Source of the DNA: Nitrospirota bacterium
GTDB lineage: Bacteria > Nitrospirota > UBA9217
NCBI GenBank assembly: GCA_963796285.1
Contig: CAWCKW010000012.1
Coordinates: 352,001 to 416,000 of the forward strand
Reading direction: 5' to 3'
Length of the DNA: 64,000 nt
Made by a program: the position numbers and the translations under genes. Positions 52,827 through 63,665 of this stretch are shown here, piece by piece; the first letter of the stretch is position 1; every line of letters starts with the position of its first letter. The notes beneath the pieces are model-generated. The model did no database searches. It saw nothing but the letters and a program-made list of their open reading frames with translations, and was not told the DNA's origin.

Positions 52827-53729
52827 ATGAAACTCGGTTATATCGGCCTGGGGAAAATGGGAGCCAACATGGTAGAACGGTTCCTGGAAAAAGGTTACGA
52901 GGTCGTGGCGTACGACCGGAACGAGGATGCGGTCAAGGTTGCGAAGAATAAGGGGGCGCAGACCGCTGATACACTGGCTGTGCTCATCGCTGCACTGCCG
53001 TTGCCGCGTCTGGTATGGATCATGGTGCCTTATCACGCCGTCGACGCGGTATTAAAGGAGCTTACCCCGCTTCTTGCGATGGGTGATGTTGTGGTCGATG
53101 GAGGCAATTCACCCTATAAGGAATCGATCCGTCGGGCAAAGGAACTGGAAGCCTGGGGCATAGACTTCCTCGATGTCGGTGTGAGCGGCGGCCCCGCAGG
53201 GGCGAGAAATGGCGCCTGCATCATGGTCGGCGGTAAGAAAGACGTGTTCCAGAAGTTCGAGACAGTGTTCCGGGATCTTTCCGTTCCCGATGGATATGGA
53301 TTCATGGGCAGGTCCGGTGCAGGTCATTTTGTGAAAATGGTCCATAACGGGATCGAGTACGGCATGATGCAGGCGCTGGCAGAGGGCTTCTCGGTCATGA
53401 AGGCATCGGATTTTAGGCTTGATCTCACAAAGATCACGGACGTGTATAATCATAAGAGCGTGATCGAATCGCGGCTCGTGGGTTGGCTGCAGAGTGCCTT
53501 TGCACAATATGGTGAAGACCTCAAGGACATCACGGGCTCGGCTGCCCAGAGCGGGGAAGGGATGTGGACTGTTCAAGCAGGGAAAGAGCTTGGTATTCCA
53601 ACGCCGATCATCCAGGCAGCCCTCGACTTCCGCATCCAATCCCTAAAGAACCCGAGCTATACAGGAAAACTTATCTCTGCGATGCGGAACCAGTTCGGCG
53701 GTCACGAGGTGAAAGAGAAAAAGTCATAA
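52827..53729 (+). CDS. gnd: 6-phosphogluconate dehydrogenase, short type
   Basis: IGLGKMG, DGGNS, GVSGG, GAGHFVKMVHNGIEY, AMRNQFGGH. Confidence 0.95.
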   Translation: MKLGYIGLGKMGANMVERFLEKGYEVVAYDRNEDAVKVAKNKGAQTADTLAVLIAALPLPRLVWIMVPYHAVDAVLKELTPLLAMGDVVVDGGNSPYKESIRRAKELEAWGIDFLDVGVSGGPAGARNGACIMVGGKKDVFQKFETVFRDLSVPDGYGFMGRSGAGHFVKMVHNGIEYGMMQALAEGFSVMKASDFRLDLTKITDVYNHKSVIESRLVGWLQSAFAQYGEDLKDITGSAAQSGEGMWTVQAGKELGIPTPIIQAALDFRIQSLKNPSYTGKLISAMRNQFGGHEVKEKKS

Positions 53730-53732
53730 TCT

Positions 53733-53802
53733 ACCGCCGAGACGCGGAGAAATGCAAATCGAAAATAATAAGATTTTTTCTGCGCCTCCGCGTCTCAGCG
53801 GT
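53733..53802. repeat. Intergenic palindrome
   Basis: accgccgagacgcggag ... ctccgcgtctcagcggt, 17-bp arms with one mismatch. Confidence 0.75.
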
Positions 53803-53847
53803 TAAACTTTATTTATTAAAGGCCTATCATCTTCAAGGAGAACGTCA

Positions 53848-55680
53848 ATGACAGATATTCACAAATTAGAGAAACTCGCGAAACTGGTCCGCTACTGGAG
53901 CCTGGTCTCGACAACGGAAGCAGGTTCCGGACATCCTACCTCGTCCCTTTCTGCTGCTGATCTGATGATCGGCTTGATGTTCGGCGGCGCGTTCCGGTTC
54001 AATGCGGACCAGCCGAAGCACCCGAACAATGACCGGCTTATCTTTTCCAAGGGCCATGCATCGCCTCTCTTTTACGCTCTCTGGCTTGCCGCCGGGAAGG
54101 TGACGGAACAGGAGATGATGACCCTGCGAAAATTCGGCAGCCCCCTGGAAGGCCATCCTACGCCGGCATTCACCTATACCGAAGCGGCAACAGGCTCGCT
54201 CGGACAGGGGCTTTCGATCGGCGTGGGCATGGCCCTGAACGCAAAGTATCTGGACAGGCTTCCCTACCGCACCTATGTGCTCCTGGGCGACAGCGAGATG
54301 GCCGAAGGGTCCCAATGGGAGGCCATGGAGATCGCCGCATATTACAAGCTGGACAACCTTGTCGGCGTCATCGACGTGAACCGGCTCGGACAGCGCGGGG
54401 AGACCATGTATGGCTACGATCTGGATGTCTATAAGAAAAAAGCAGCCGCCTTCGGATGGGAGCCGATCGTGATCGACGGACACCATTTACCGCAGATCCT
54501 TACGGCCTATGAACAGGCAGGCCGGGTCCGTGACAAGCCGGTCATGATCATCGCAAAAACCGAAAAAGGCAAGGGCGTATCGTTCATTGAGGATAAGAAC
54601 GGATGGCACGGCAAGGCGCTCAAAAAGGATGAACTCGTTCGCGCGCTCGAAGAGCTCGGCCCGTTCGATCTAACGGTCCGCGGCGAGATGCAGAGACCTG
54701 AGAACATCAAGCCAGAGGACCGAAAGGCAGAGAAGGCCAAACCGCTGTCGTATGGCGGAGACAAGCCAATGTCCACGAGGCACGCCTACGGCACGGCGCT
54801 CGAGCGGCTTTATCCCCAGTACCCGGATATCGTTGTGCTTGATGCTGAAGTCAGCAACTCGACCTTTGCCGAGATCTTCAAAAAAAGCCATCCAGACCGT
54901 TTTTTTGAGATGTATATTGCCGAGCAGAACATGGTGGGCGCGGGTCTGGGTCTCTCTCTCCGGGGAAAGGTCCCCTTTGTCTCTACCTTCGCTGCGTTTC
55001 TGACACGTGCCTTTGACCAGATACGGATGAGCCAGTACTCTGATGCAAACCTCAAGTTCTGCGGATCCCACGCCGGCGTTTCCATCGGCGTCGATGGATC
55101 TTCGCAGATGGGGCTTGAGGACATCGCCATGTTCAGGACCATCCTGCACGGCGTGGTCCTCTATCCCTCGGATGCCGTATCTGCGGAGAAACTGGTGGAG
55201 GAGGCGGCACGGCACAAGGGGATCGTCTATATTCGTACGACGCGTGAGGACACGCCGATCATTTACCGGAACGATGAGGTGTTCCGCATCGGCGGCAGCA
55301 AGGTACTGAAGAGGAGCGTGAAAGACGTTGCCACGGTGGTCGCTGCAGGCATCACGCTCCATGAAGCCCTCGCCGCATATGAGGAATTGAAGAAGGACGG
55401 CATCTTCATCGGCGTGCTCGACCTGTACAGCATCAAGCCGATCGATGTTCAGACACTCACCGGGGCCGCGCATGACACGAAGAGGATCATAACCGTGGAA
55501 GACCATTTCGCTGAAGGCGGGATCGGTGAAGCGGTCAGGAGTGCGCTGGCCGGGGTTACCGTGTCCATTCATTCCCTGGCAGTGCGAAAGACGCCGAAGA
55601 GCGGGCAGCCGAAGGAGCTTCTTGACTATGAAGAGATATCGAGTAAGGCCATTATAAAAAAAGTAAAGGAGATCTTATGA
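53848..55680 (+). CDS. tkt: Transketolase
   Basis: GSGHPTSS, SKGHA, LEGHP, TGSLGQG, GDSE...N, IAEQNM. Confidence 0.95.
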   Translation: MTDIHKLEKLAKLVRYWSLVSTTEAGSGHPTSSLSAADLMIGLMFGGAFRFNADQPKHPNNDRLIFSKGHASPLFYALWLAAGKVTEQEMMTLRKFGSPLEGHPTPAFTYTEAATGSLGQGLSIGVGMALNAKYLDRLPYRTYVLLGDSEMAEGSQWEAMEIAAYYKLDNLVGVIDVNRLGQRGETMYGYDLDVYKKKAAAFGWEPIVIDGHHLPQILTAYEQAGRVRDKPVMIIAKTEKGKGVSFIEDKNGWHGKALKKDELVRALEELGPFDLTVRGEMQRPENIKPEDRKAEKAKPLSYGGDKPMSTRHAYGTALERLYPQYPDIVVLDAEVSNSTFAEIFKKSHPDRFFEMYIAEQNMVGAGLGLSLRGKVPFVSTFAAFLTRAFDQIRMSQYSDANLKFCGSHAGVSIGVDGSSQMGLEDIAMFRTILHGVVLYPSDAVSAEKLVEEAARHKGIVYIRTTREDTPIIYRNDEVFRIGGSKVLKRSVKDVATVVAAGITLHEALAAYEELKKDGIFIGVLDLYSIKPIDVQTLTGAAHDTKRIITVEDHFAEGGIGEAVRSALAGVTVSIHSLAVRKTPKSGQPKELLDYEEISSKAIIKKVKEIL

Positions 55681-56540
55681 GACCAGCCAACCTGAAAACA
55701 AGGATCTTTCTGGACGGCGGGAATCCCGAGGATACAAAGGCCGTGCTGAAGCAGATCGGGTTCCTTGACGGACAAACGACCAACCCGACACTGATAGCGA
55801 AAAACCCGGAGGCACGGAAGCGGCTTGAGCAGGGGAGCAAATTCAGCAAGGAGGAGATATTCACCTTTTATCACGGTGTCATCAATACTATATCCGATCT
55901 CCTGCCGCAGGGTTCAGTCTCCATCGAGGTCTATGCCGATGCCGCCACATCTGCCGGGGAAATGCTGAAGCAGGGCAAGGAGATGTTCACCTGGATCCCG
56001 AATGCGCACATCAAGTTCCCCACATCGCGGGAAGGCTTGAAGGCTGCACAGCAGGCTGTCAAGGCAGGCCTTCGGGTGAATATGACGCTGGCATTCTCCC
56101 AGGAACAGGCCGCTGCCGTGTATGCGGCAACCCAGGGCGCGCAAAAAGGGCAGGTCTTCCTCTCCCCATTCATCGGCAGGCTGGACGACCGCGGAGAGAA
56201 CGGCATGGACGTCATCGCCAATATCATCAGGATGTATCGGAAGGGAGATGGTCACGTGGAGGTGCTGACCGCGAGCGTCAGGAGTTTCGACCATTTCCTG
56301 TATACGCTCAAGCTCGGCTCCGACATCATTACCGCGCCGTTTGAATTGATCAAGATGTGGGGGGAGAAGGGGCTGCCTATCCCCGGCAATGAATACCACT
56401 ATGACACGAAAGCACTGAAGGCGATCCCGTATCTCGATCTCGATCTCTCGCATCCCTGGGAATCCTATGACATCCACCACGACCTGACGGACAAGGGCAT
56501 GGAAAAATTCTCCGCGGACTGGAATGCCCTGATACAATGA
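55677..56540 (+). CDS. tal: Transaldolase family protein
   Basis: IFLD, TTNPTL, HIKFP (Schiff-base Lys), VNMTL, SPFIGRLDD, ASVR. Confidence 0.9.
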   Translation: MRPANLKTRIFLDGGNPEDTKAVLKQIGFLDGQTTNPTLIAKNPEARKRLEQGSKFSKEEIFTFYHGVINTISDLLPQGSVSIEVYADAATSAGEMLKQGKEMFTWIPNAHIKFPTSREGLKAAQQAVKAGLRVNMTLAFSQEQAAAVYAATQGAQKGQVFLSPFIGRLDDRGENGMDVIANIIRMYRKGDGHVEVLTASVRSFDHFLYTLKLGSDIITAPFELIKMWGEKGLPIPGNEYHYDTKALKAIPYLDLDLSHPWESYDIHHDLTDKGMEKFSADWNALIQ

Positions 56541-58072
56541 CCATGGACAAAGCGACCCCACTCTATAGAACGGTGAACAGCTGTGAGATCGAGGTCCCGA
56601 AACCCTGCGGACTGGTGATCTTCGGGGCCTCCGGAGACCTGACGAAGAGAAAACTGATGCCTGCACTGTATCATCTCTTCGCCAGCGGGATGCTTCCGGA
56701 ACAGTTCTTCATTCTTGGGACCGGACGGCGTGAGCTGGGAACGGACCAGTTTCGAGCGACCATGCTCACGGCGGTGAAAGAGTCGACGCCCAAAGACTTC
56801 AGCCAGAAGACCTGGGACGGGTTTTCCTCACGGCTGTTTCATGCGGCCTTCGATTACAGTGATCCGGCTGCCTATGGAACTGCTCTTCACGACAGGCTTT
56901 CGGTGCTTGAGCGCCAGCACCGGACGGAGGGTTCGCGCATCTTCTATCTGGCCGTGCCTCCCGCCATCTACGAAGACATCATCCGGAACCTTGGCACAGC
57001 AGGACTTGCGCAAGAAGAAACAGGGAGCAGCAGGATAGTGATCGAGAAACCCTTTGGTCGGGACCTTGACTCCGCGCGCCATTTGAACCGGGTCCTCCTT
57101 GAACATTTTCAGGAACGCCAGATATACCGCATCGACCATTATCTGGCGAAAGAAACGGTCCAGAACATCCTGATGTTCCGGTTCGCCAATTCCATCTTCG
57201 AGCCGCTCTGGAACAGGCGGTACATCGACCACATCCAGATAACCGCTGCAGAGACGCTTGGCGTGGAGCATCGGGCCGGATATTACGAGCAAGCCGGTGT
57301 GCTGCGGGACATGTTCCAGAACCATATGTTCCAACTGCTTGCCATCATCGCGATGGAACCACCCCCGGCCTTCGAAGCTGACATGATCCGCGACGAGAAG
57401 GTTAAGGTGTTCCGTTCCATCCGTTCGTTCCCGCTCGATCGCCTGAACGAACAGGTAGTCATCGGACAATACGATAAAGGCATGACCCTGGGATCGCCGG
57501 TCAACGGGTATCGTGAGGAAGAAGGGGTATCCGCTCGCTCCATTACCCCCACGTTCGCCGCAATGAAGGTGTTCATCGACAACTGGCGATGGAATGGGGT
57601 TCCCTTCTATCTCAGGTCAGGCAAGCGGCTTGCTGTCAGAAAAACGGAAATCGCGATTCATTACAAGAGCGTTCCGCACTCCATGTTCCCCGAGACCGTC
57701 GGCGGTCCCATCGATCCGAACACCCTCGTACTGCGGGTACAGCCTGAAGAGGGAATGGGCCTGACATATCAGACTAAAATGCCGGGATCGAAGGTCTGCC
57801 TCAATCCCGTGGTGATGGACTATGTATATCCCCCGGGAATGGAACTGGATGCTTACGAATGGGTTTTGCTCGACTGCATGATCGGGGACCATATGCTGTT
57901 CACGAGGCAGGATGGAGTGGAGCAGATGTGGTCCGTGCTTACGCCGGTGATCGAACAGCTCGAGACCAAATTATCGGCAAAGGACATTCCTCAATATGCA
58001 GCTGGATCGGCCGGACCAGCAGAGGCAATGCGGTTGATCGAAAAGGACAACCGCGCATGGAGGCCGTTGTGA
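56537..58072 (+). CDS. zwf: Glucose-6-phosphate dehydrogenase
   Basis: GASGDL, EKPFG, RIDHYLAKE, GVPFYLRSGK. Confidence 0.96.
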   Translation: MTMDKATPLYRTVNSCEIEVPKPCGLVIFGASGDLTKRKLMPALYHLFASGMLPEQFFILGTGRRELGTDQFRATMLTAVKESTPKDFSQKTWDGFSSRLFHAAFDYSDPAAYGTALHDRLSVLERQHRTEGSRIFYLAVPPAIYEDIIRNLGTAGLAQEETGSSRIVIEKPFGRDLDSARHLNRVLLEHFQERQIYRIDHYLAKETVQNILMFRFANSIFEPLWNRRYIDHIQITAAETLGVEHRAGYYEQAGVLRDMFQNHMFQLLAIIAMEPPPAFEADMIRDEKVKVFRSIRSFPLDRLNEQVVIGQYDKGMTLGSPVNGYREEEGVSARSITPTFAAMKVFIDNWRWNGVPFYLRSGKRLAVRKTEIAIHYKSVPHSMFPETVGGPIDPNTLVLRVQPEEGMGLTYQTKMPGSKVCLNPVVMDYVYPPGMELDAYEWVLLDCMIGDHMLFTRQDGVEQMWSVLTPVIEQLETKLSAKDIPQYAAGSAGPAEAMRLIEKDNRAWRPL

Positions 58073-58807
58073 CCTACGGGCTCCACGCGCAGGTCTCGAT
58101 ATATTCTGACCAAGAAACACTCAGCCATGCAGCGGCAGAACGATTTGTTTCCCTCTCTCATGCCGCGATCATCTCGCGCGGGAGGTTTGCCACAGCCCTT
58201 TCCGGCGGGTCCACACCCCGCCGCCTCTATTCGCTCCTCGGCACGCAGGTGTACCGTGATTCCATAGATTGGAAGAGGGTCCATGTCTTCTGGGCTGATG
58301 AACGGTGCGTCGCTCCATCGCACGAGGACAGCAATTACAAACTTGCTGCTGACACGTTCTTGTCAAAAGCCGCTGTGCCGGGTGAGAATATTCATCGGAT
58401 ACGCGGCGAGGAAGGACCCGATATCGCTGCTGCGAAGTATCGGGAAGAACTGCGTAGATATTTCGTCGGTTTCCAAAAACCGGTCTTCGATCTTGTGCTC
58501 CTTGGCGCGGGTGTCGATGGCCATACCGCATCGCTCTTCCCGGGATCGCCATTGCTCCAGGAGAGGTCAAGAGAGGTCGTCCCGGTATACCTGGAGAAGC
58601 CCGCGGTCAGCCGTGTATACCCTTACGCTCCCGGTGTTGAACCAGGCGGCCCATGTACTCTTTCTGGTCTCCGGCGAGGACAAGGCGGATATCGTATACG
58701 AAGTCCTGAAATCCGATAATCAGAAACAATACCCGGCAGGCTTAGTACGGCCTATCGATGGGATACTTTCCTGGTTTCTCGATAAAGCTGCGACTGCAAG
58801 GATCTGA
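58069..58807 (+). CDS. pgl: 6-phosphogluconolactonase, frameshift near 58615
   Basis: LSGGSTP, WADERCV, DGHTASLFP; TLTLPVLN...GEDKA in a shifted frame. Confidence 0.9.
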
Positions 58808-59026
58808 TTATCAGAACAACCATAGACCGCTCAGTTGTTATGATCGGGAGCAGTAAACACTGTACACCACAGAACACAGAGGACTCTGAGAGGGGACTTC
58901 TTTGCAATAAAAAACGAACTTCTTGCACATTCTCTCGGATCTCTACATACTGCGGCATAAGTGTGCTCTTCGTTGTCTTTCGGATTTGATCCGCCTAAGG
59001 GTGTTTCAATGGACCTGAATTAATCC

Positions 59027-59311
59027 CTATTTGATCTTCTTTATGAATGCTTCAACGGGAATGGCGGGGAGCGTCGTCATCTGGACCGACCCGCGCGCGC
59101 CGATCTCGACGGACATCTTCATGACCGTCTCGTTGTCCGGCGCCTCTACGATGTTCACAAAGTCATAGGAACCAAGGAGTGCGTATTGTTTGTGGATCTT
59201 TACGCCCATGGCTTCGATCTCCTTGTTCACTTCAATGATCCGTTCCGGTTTCTGCTTGATGGTCCTGCGGCCTTCATCCGTTAAGTTGCTCAAGATCACA
59301 TAGTACGGCAT
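59027..59311 (-). CDS. GYD domain protein
   Basis: LTDEG, ALLGSYDFV; AGGAGG RBS. Confidence 0.88.
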   Translation of the reverse strand: MPYYVILSNLTDEGRRTIKQKPERIIEVNKEIEAMGVKIHKQYALLGSYDFVNIVEAPDNETVMKMSVEIGARGSVQMTTLPAIPVEAFIKKIK

Positions 59312-59622
59312 TGTTTGTTCCTCCTTTAAAAGGGAATCGAAGAATAAACTGCAAGTCTTTGGACATATGGAGTTTCAAAGAACTTATATTCTATTATAGC
59401 TTTTTTTCAGATTCTGTGTGATCAACGACTTAGGTTATATAAGGCCGTTATGATTTCTCTACATCGCAGCGGCATTTCCTGAAAATGCTTTGTAACGATA
59501 AACAGAATAGATGTTATGGACAGTTGTCATTAAGGATAGAAATCTCATTTCCAATTTATCTTGATTTCCGGCAGCGCATATGTTATAGAGTACATAGTGT
59601 TAATCACTGGTGATACTGTTCT

Positions 59623-59799
59623 ATGAAACAGGAAACGAACAAAACGAGAAAACAGCGGCATTCCACCAGCGGGCAGGCATCGAAGCCTGCATGCGGTACT
59701 CTGTCATACATCGCTGAGTGCCGGGGAGCCCAGCAGAAAAGTGGTTCGATCCGATGGGCAGCGCCACCTGACAGCATCGATAAGATGGTAAGAAAATAA
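59623..59799 (+). CDS. Possible 58-aa small ORF, or a structured leader
   Basis: MKQETNK...CGTLSYIAECRGAQQKSGSIRWAAPPDSIDKMVRK lies between a TTGATT-17-TATAGA promoter and a terminator. Confidence 0.35.
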   Translation: MKQETNKTRKQRHSTSGQASKPACGTLSYIAECRGAQQKSGSIRWAAPPDSIDKMVRK

Positions 59800-59834
59800 C
59801 CCGCCGTGATTAAGAACGGCGGGTTTGTTGTTTT
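59798..59834 (+). terminator. Intrinsic terminator upstream of cooT
   Basis: aacccgccgt-gattaaga-acggcgggtt followed by tgttgtttt. Confidence 0.7.
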
Positions 59835-59868
59835 CAAACGTTTGTTAATACGGAAAGGTGCGCTTACG

Positions 59869-60057
59869 ATGTGCGATCTGAAGGCTTACGTGAAAAAACA
59901 GGGGACCGAGGAGCTGCTCCTTGAGTCAGTAAATAACATCCGCGTTGAAAACGGCGAAGTGGTGGTTCGTAACCTGTTCGGCGAGGAGAAAAGACTGCGT
60001 GGAGTGGTGAGTGAGGTCTCTCTGACCAGAAACCGAGTTGTTGTGGAGCAGAGTTGA
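59869..60057 (+). CDS. cooT: CooT family nickel-binding protein
   Basis: MC start, LLLESV, NLFGEEK; 62 aa. Confidence 0.85.
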   Translation: MCDLKAYVKKQGTEELLLESVNNIRVENGEVVVRNLFGEEKRLRGVVSEVSLTRNRVVVEQS

Positions 60058-60069
60058 TCTAATCCATTC

Positions 60070-61077
60070 CTAAACAGTTGAGAAAAGAACAGGATCACGC
60101 CTCCTAACGCTTTCCCCCGTTACAATGCGGAGTGTCCGAACTCCGAACTCCTTTTTGAGAAGCTCGATATTAGAGCGATGCTGGCCGATCGCGGCAGAGA
60201 GGTCTTTGGGGTTTACCTGAAGTGTTACCTTCTCCGTTATTCCTTCACTGGTGCGTAAGGCAGAGCGCATGTTATCCAATAAGATCGAGGATTCCACCAG
60301 TTGTCTGAAGGCAGGATGATATGGCCCGGCTATGATCGTGCCAGGTCTTTCAAGTTCTGCTGATGGCTGTAGTCCGATCCTTATAACGTCTATCCCCGCC
60401 CGTTCGAACATTTCAAGAGCTTCCCGGCACAACGCAACAGCATCATCAAGCGAGAGCGGCATATAGCGACCTGATCTGTACAAGTCTTCAAGCGGCGTGT
60501 CTTTGATCACGAGTGTTGGATAGATCCTGACAAAATCAGGCTTGAGTTCAACGACCGCATCAACCGTTTTTATGAATGTTTCAGCGGAATCACCGGGCAA
60601 ACCGGGCATCAACTGAAGGCCGATGAAGAAACCGTATTTTCTAAGCCGGGTTACGGCATTCATCGTATCGTTTGCCGTGTGCCCCCGGCCAGAGCGTTGA
60701 AGAACGACATCATCCATGGACTGGACGCCGAGTTCCACGGTATTGGCATGATATTCATGTAACATCGAAAGGATATCGTCCGTAATACAATCCGGTCGAG
60801 TGGAGAGACGAATGTTCTCAATTTGACCTGAGCGGAGGAAGGGCTGGACAGCCGCGAGATATTCCTTCTGGAGATCAAGCGGTAACGCAGTAAAGCTCCC
60901 GCCGTAAAATGCCACGCGCGCGGTTTTATCTGATGTATTGATGGCCAGGTATTCCTTGATCTTCTGAGGCAATACCACCGGATCCACCGGCTTCATGTGG
61001 CCGGTAATATTCTTCTGGTTGCAGAATATACACTGGTGTGGGCAGCCGGAATGGGGGATAAAAAAAGGTATGATCAT
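60070..61077 (-). CDS. Elp3/YhcC-like radical SAM protein
   Basis: IPHSGCPHQCIFC, FYGGSFT, STRPD, ELGVQS, AGPYHP; typical neighbour of rnc. Confidence 0.88.
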   Translation of the reverse strand: MIIPFFIPHSGCPHQCIFCNQKNITGHMKPVDPVVLPQKIKEYLAINTSDKTARVAFYGGSFTALPLDLQKEYLAAVQPFLRSGQIENIRLSTRPDCITDDILSMLHEYHANTVELGVQSMDDVVLQRSGRGHTANDTMNAVTRLRKYGFFIGLQLMPGLPGDSAETFIKTVDAVVELKPDFVRIYPTLVIKDTPLEDLYRSGRYMPLSLDDAVALCREALEMFERAGIDVIRIGLQPSAELERPGTIIAGPYHPAFRQLVESSILLDNMRSALRTSEGITEKVTLQVNPKDLSAAIGQHRSNIELLKKEFGVRTLRIVTGESVRRRDPVLFSTV

Positions 61078-61156
61078 AATATCAGTGGACGGGGTCCATT
61101 AAGGGGCAGGCAGGGATGGAGAAAAACATATTCACTGGTATTCGCCCGTAAGCTGC

Positions 61157-61842
61157 CTATGGCATCCTGAGTTTTTCCAGCGCTTCCCTGGCCGCTCCTT
61201 GTTCTGCTTCCTTTTTGCTCTTGCCTATCCCGCGGCCGGAAAGGTGCCCCTTGATCCATACTTCCATGTTGAACTGTTTCCGATGGTCAGGGCCTGTCTC
61301 GGAAACAATGCGGTAATCCGGAAGCTGTTTGAGGCGTTCCTGGCAGAGCTCCTGAAGCTCCGTCTTATAATCAAGAGATCCGCCCGATGTGCAGGTCTTC
61401 CTGATCATGCTTCGAAGACGCGGATAACGAATGCCTCAGCTGCGTCTATGCCCGCATCAAGGTATACGGATGCAATGAGGGCCTCAAGGCAATCTGCCAG
61501 GAGCGAATCCTTGTTCCTTCCGCCGGTTTGATCTTCTCCTTTTCCGAGCAGGAGATAGTCACCGAGACCGATCCCGCGGGAAACGGCGGCGAGGGCAGGT
61601 TCACTCACGATTGCTGCACGGAATCTCGAGAGGTCGCCCTCCGTCGAATCAGGGCAGGCCTTCATCAGATATTCGCTCACGACGAGGCTGAGGACGGCAT
61701 CGCCGAGGAACTCCATCCGTTCATTGTGATAGGGCACCCTGTTTTCGTTCGCATAGGACTTGTGCGTGAGCGCGCGCTCGAGGAGTTCCACGTCCTGGAA
61801 GGTATAGGCGATCCGCTGCTGGATGTCCGAGAGGGGAGGCAT
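61157..61842 (-). CDS. rnc: Ribonuclease III, frameshift near 61408
   Basis: ALTHKS, NERMEFLGDAVL, DYKTELQE, GKSKKEAEQ. Confidence 0.92.
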
Positions 61843-61843
61843 C

Positions 61844-63085
61844 TTACTTCCGGAATCTGCGGAAGACCAGGCAGGCGTTCGTACCGCCGAATCCAAAGGA
61901 GTTGGACATGACTATGTCTACCTGCAGGTGTCTCGCTTTATTCGGGACGTAGTCCAGGTCACATTCAGGGTCCGGGTTCTCAAGATTGATCGTTGGAGGA
62001 AGGATCCCGCGTTCCAGTGCAAGAACGGAGATCACGGCTTCCACGCCCCCTGCTGCGCCCAGCAGATGGCCGGTCATGGATTTTGTGGAGCTTATCGGTA
62101 TTTTATAAGCAGTGTCGCCAAACACGGTCTTAATTGCCATGGTCTCGAGCTCGTCGCCGTACTTGGTCGAGGTGCCATGAGCGTTGATGTAGCCCACATC
62201 AGCCGGGTTGATGCCGGCGTCCTTGATGGCCATCTTCATACACCGGGCCGCTCCTTCACCATTCGGTGCTGGTGAGGTGATATGGTAAGCGTCTCCGGAC
62301 ATACCATAGCCGATCACCTCGGCGTAGATATGCGCCCCACGTTTTTTCGCGAATTCCAGTTCCTCGATGACAAGCAGTCCCGACCCCTCACCCATGATGA
62401 AGCCGTCACGCTCCGCGTCAAACGGACGACTAGCGCGCTCGGGCTCGCTGTTCCGGGTCGAGAGGGCCTTCATAGCGTTGAACCCGCCGACCCCGAGAGG
62501 GCAGATGCACGACTCGCTGCCACCGGCGATCATGGCATCGGCATCGCCGCGCTGGATGATCTTGAAGGCGTCGCCGATAGAGTGTGTGCCCGTGGCACAG
62601 GCAGTGACGACGCATGAGTTCGGGCCTTTCGCGCCGAAGCGCATGGAGATATGCCCGGCCATCTCATTAATGATAGACATGGGAATGAAAAAGGGTGTGA
62701 TCCGACGGTAACCCTTTTCCATGTATGCACGGTATGTTCGCTCGATCGCGGGGAGGCCGCCGATGCCGGCGCCGACCGTGACGCCCACGCGCTCGGCATT
62801 CTCGGGCGTCACGATGAGCCTTGAGCTGTCCATCGTCATTTGGCTCGCAGCGATCCCGAGATGAATGAACCGATCCATCTTCTTGATCTCTTTGGCCTCG
62901 ATGTATTGGGCCGGATCGAACCCCTTAACCTCACCCGCGATCTGCGTGGGGATGGTCTTGTCATCGAACTGCGTGATGGGGCCTATGCCTGACCTGCCGT
63001 TGATCAAGCCGTCCCAGCTCTTTTCCGTATCCAGGCCGACCGGGGTGATCATTCCGATGCCGGTGATGACAACTCTTCTTTTCAA
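61844..63085 (-). CDS. fabF: Beta-ketoacyl-ACP synthase II
   Basis: [33 protein letters not shown]; GGAGG before TTG 63085. Confidence 0.96.
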   Translation of the reverse strand: MKRRVVITGIGMITPVGLDTEKSWDGLINGRSGIGPITQFDDKTIPTQIAGEVKGFDPAQYIEAKEIKKMDRFIHLGIAASQMTMDSSRLIVTPENAERVGVTVGAGIGGLPAIERTYRAYMEKGYRRITPFFIPMSIINEMAGHISMRFGAKGPNSCVVTACATGTHSIGDAFKIIQRGDADAMIAGGSESCICPLGVGGFNAMKALSTRNSEPERASRPFDAERDGFIMGEGSGLLVIEELEFAKKRGAHIYAEVIGYGMSGDAYHITSPAPNGEGAARCMKMAIKDAGINPADVGYINAHGTSTKYGDELETMAIKTVFGDTAYKIPISSTKSMTGHLLGAAGGVEAVISVLALERGILPPTINLENPDPECDLDYVPNKARHLQVDIVMSNSFGFGGTNACLVFRRFRK

Positions 63086-63225
63086 AAAAAATCCCTCCTG
63101 CACACACTCCGTTAGAGAACAACGCTCCATCGGAGGCTATCTTGCTATTGTATATCACAAACCCGTCTGCATGATGAACGACGCTGAAAAGAGTCCGGAC
63201 TTTTTCTACCGGAGTAAAAAATCCG

Positions 63226-63276
63226 AAAAGCCAAAAAACCCGCTCTCGTGGCTGCGATAGCGGTCTTCTGGCTTTT
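63226..63276 (-). terminator. Hairpin downstream of acpP
   Basis: aaaagcca..accgct...agcggt..tggctttt. Confidence 0.5.
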
Positions 63277-63312
63277 GGAATTTCATGAAACGGATCGGAT
63301 ATTATCTATTAA

Positions 63313-63549
63313 TTACTTTGCTTTTGCCGTGATATAGTCGATCGCGTTTTGCACGGTCGCTATCTTCTCGGCATCTTCATCCGGGATTTCCACGCCGAAT
63401 TCCTCTTCGAGCGCCATGACGAGCTCCACTGTGTCGAGTGAATCAGCACCGAGATCGTTCACGAAAGACGCTTCGGGTTTTACATCCGCTTCCGGTACGC
63501 CGAGCTGCTCGGAAATGATCTTTTTTACTTTTGCCACTATATCTGCCAT
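63313..63549 (-). CDS. acpP: Acyl carrier protein
   Basis: [20 protein letters not shown]. Confidence 0.97.
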   Translation of the reverse strand: MADIVAKVKKIISEQLGVPEADVKPEASFVNDLGADSLDTVELVMALEEEFGVEIPDEDAEKIATVQNAIDYITAKAK

Positions 63550-63665
63550 TGTGATCCTCCTCTGATTAAGTTCTTGCACCTGATATTGACATAAGAACGC
63601 TCAAACCTGAAGTCCTGTATTTCCTTTGTACGTTTCCGTCTTCCTGGTCGAACCGTTTATTTGGT

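Noticed and set aside
54670-57469. Long minus-strand ORFs opposite tkt, tal and zwf
   Set aside because: Shadows of GC-rich codon usage in well-supported genes.
59700-59790. Known NiCo or c-di-AMP riboswitch, or a tRNA (GGTTCGATCC)
   Set aside because: Only short partial matches; the conserved cores and a cloverleaf are absent by eye.
61405-61410. Naturally split RNase III (Mini-III plus separate dsRBD)
   Set aside because: One added base restores a canonical full-length rnc, consistent with the window-wide indel pattern.
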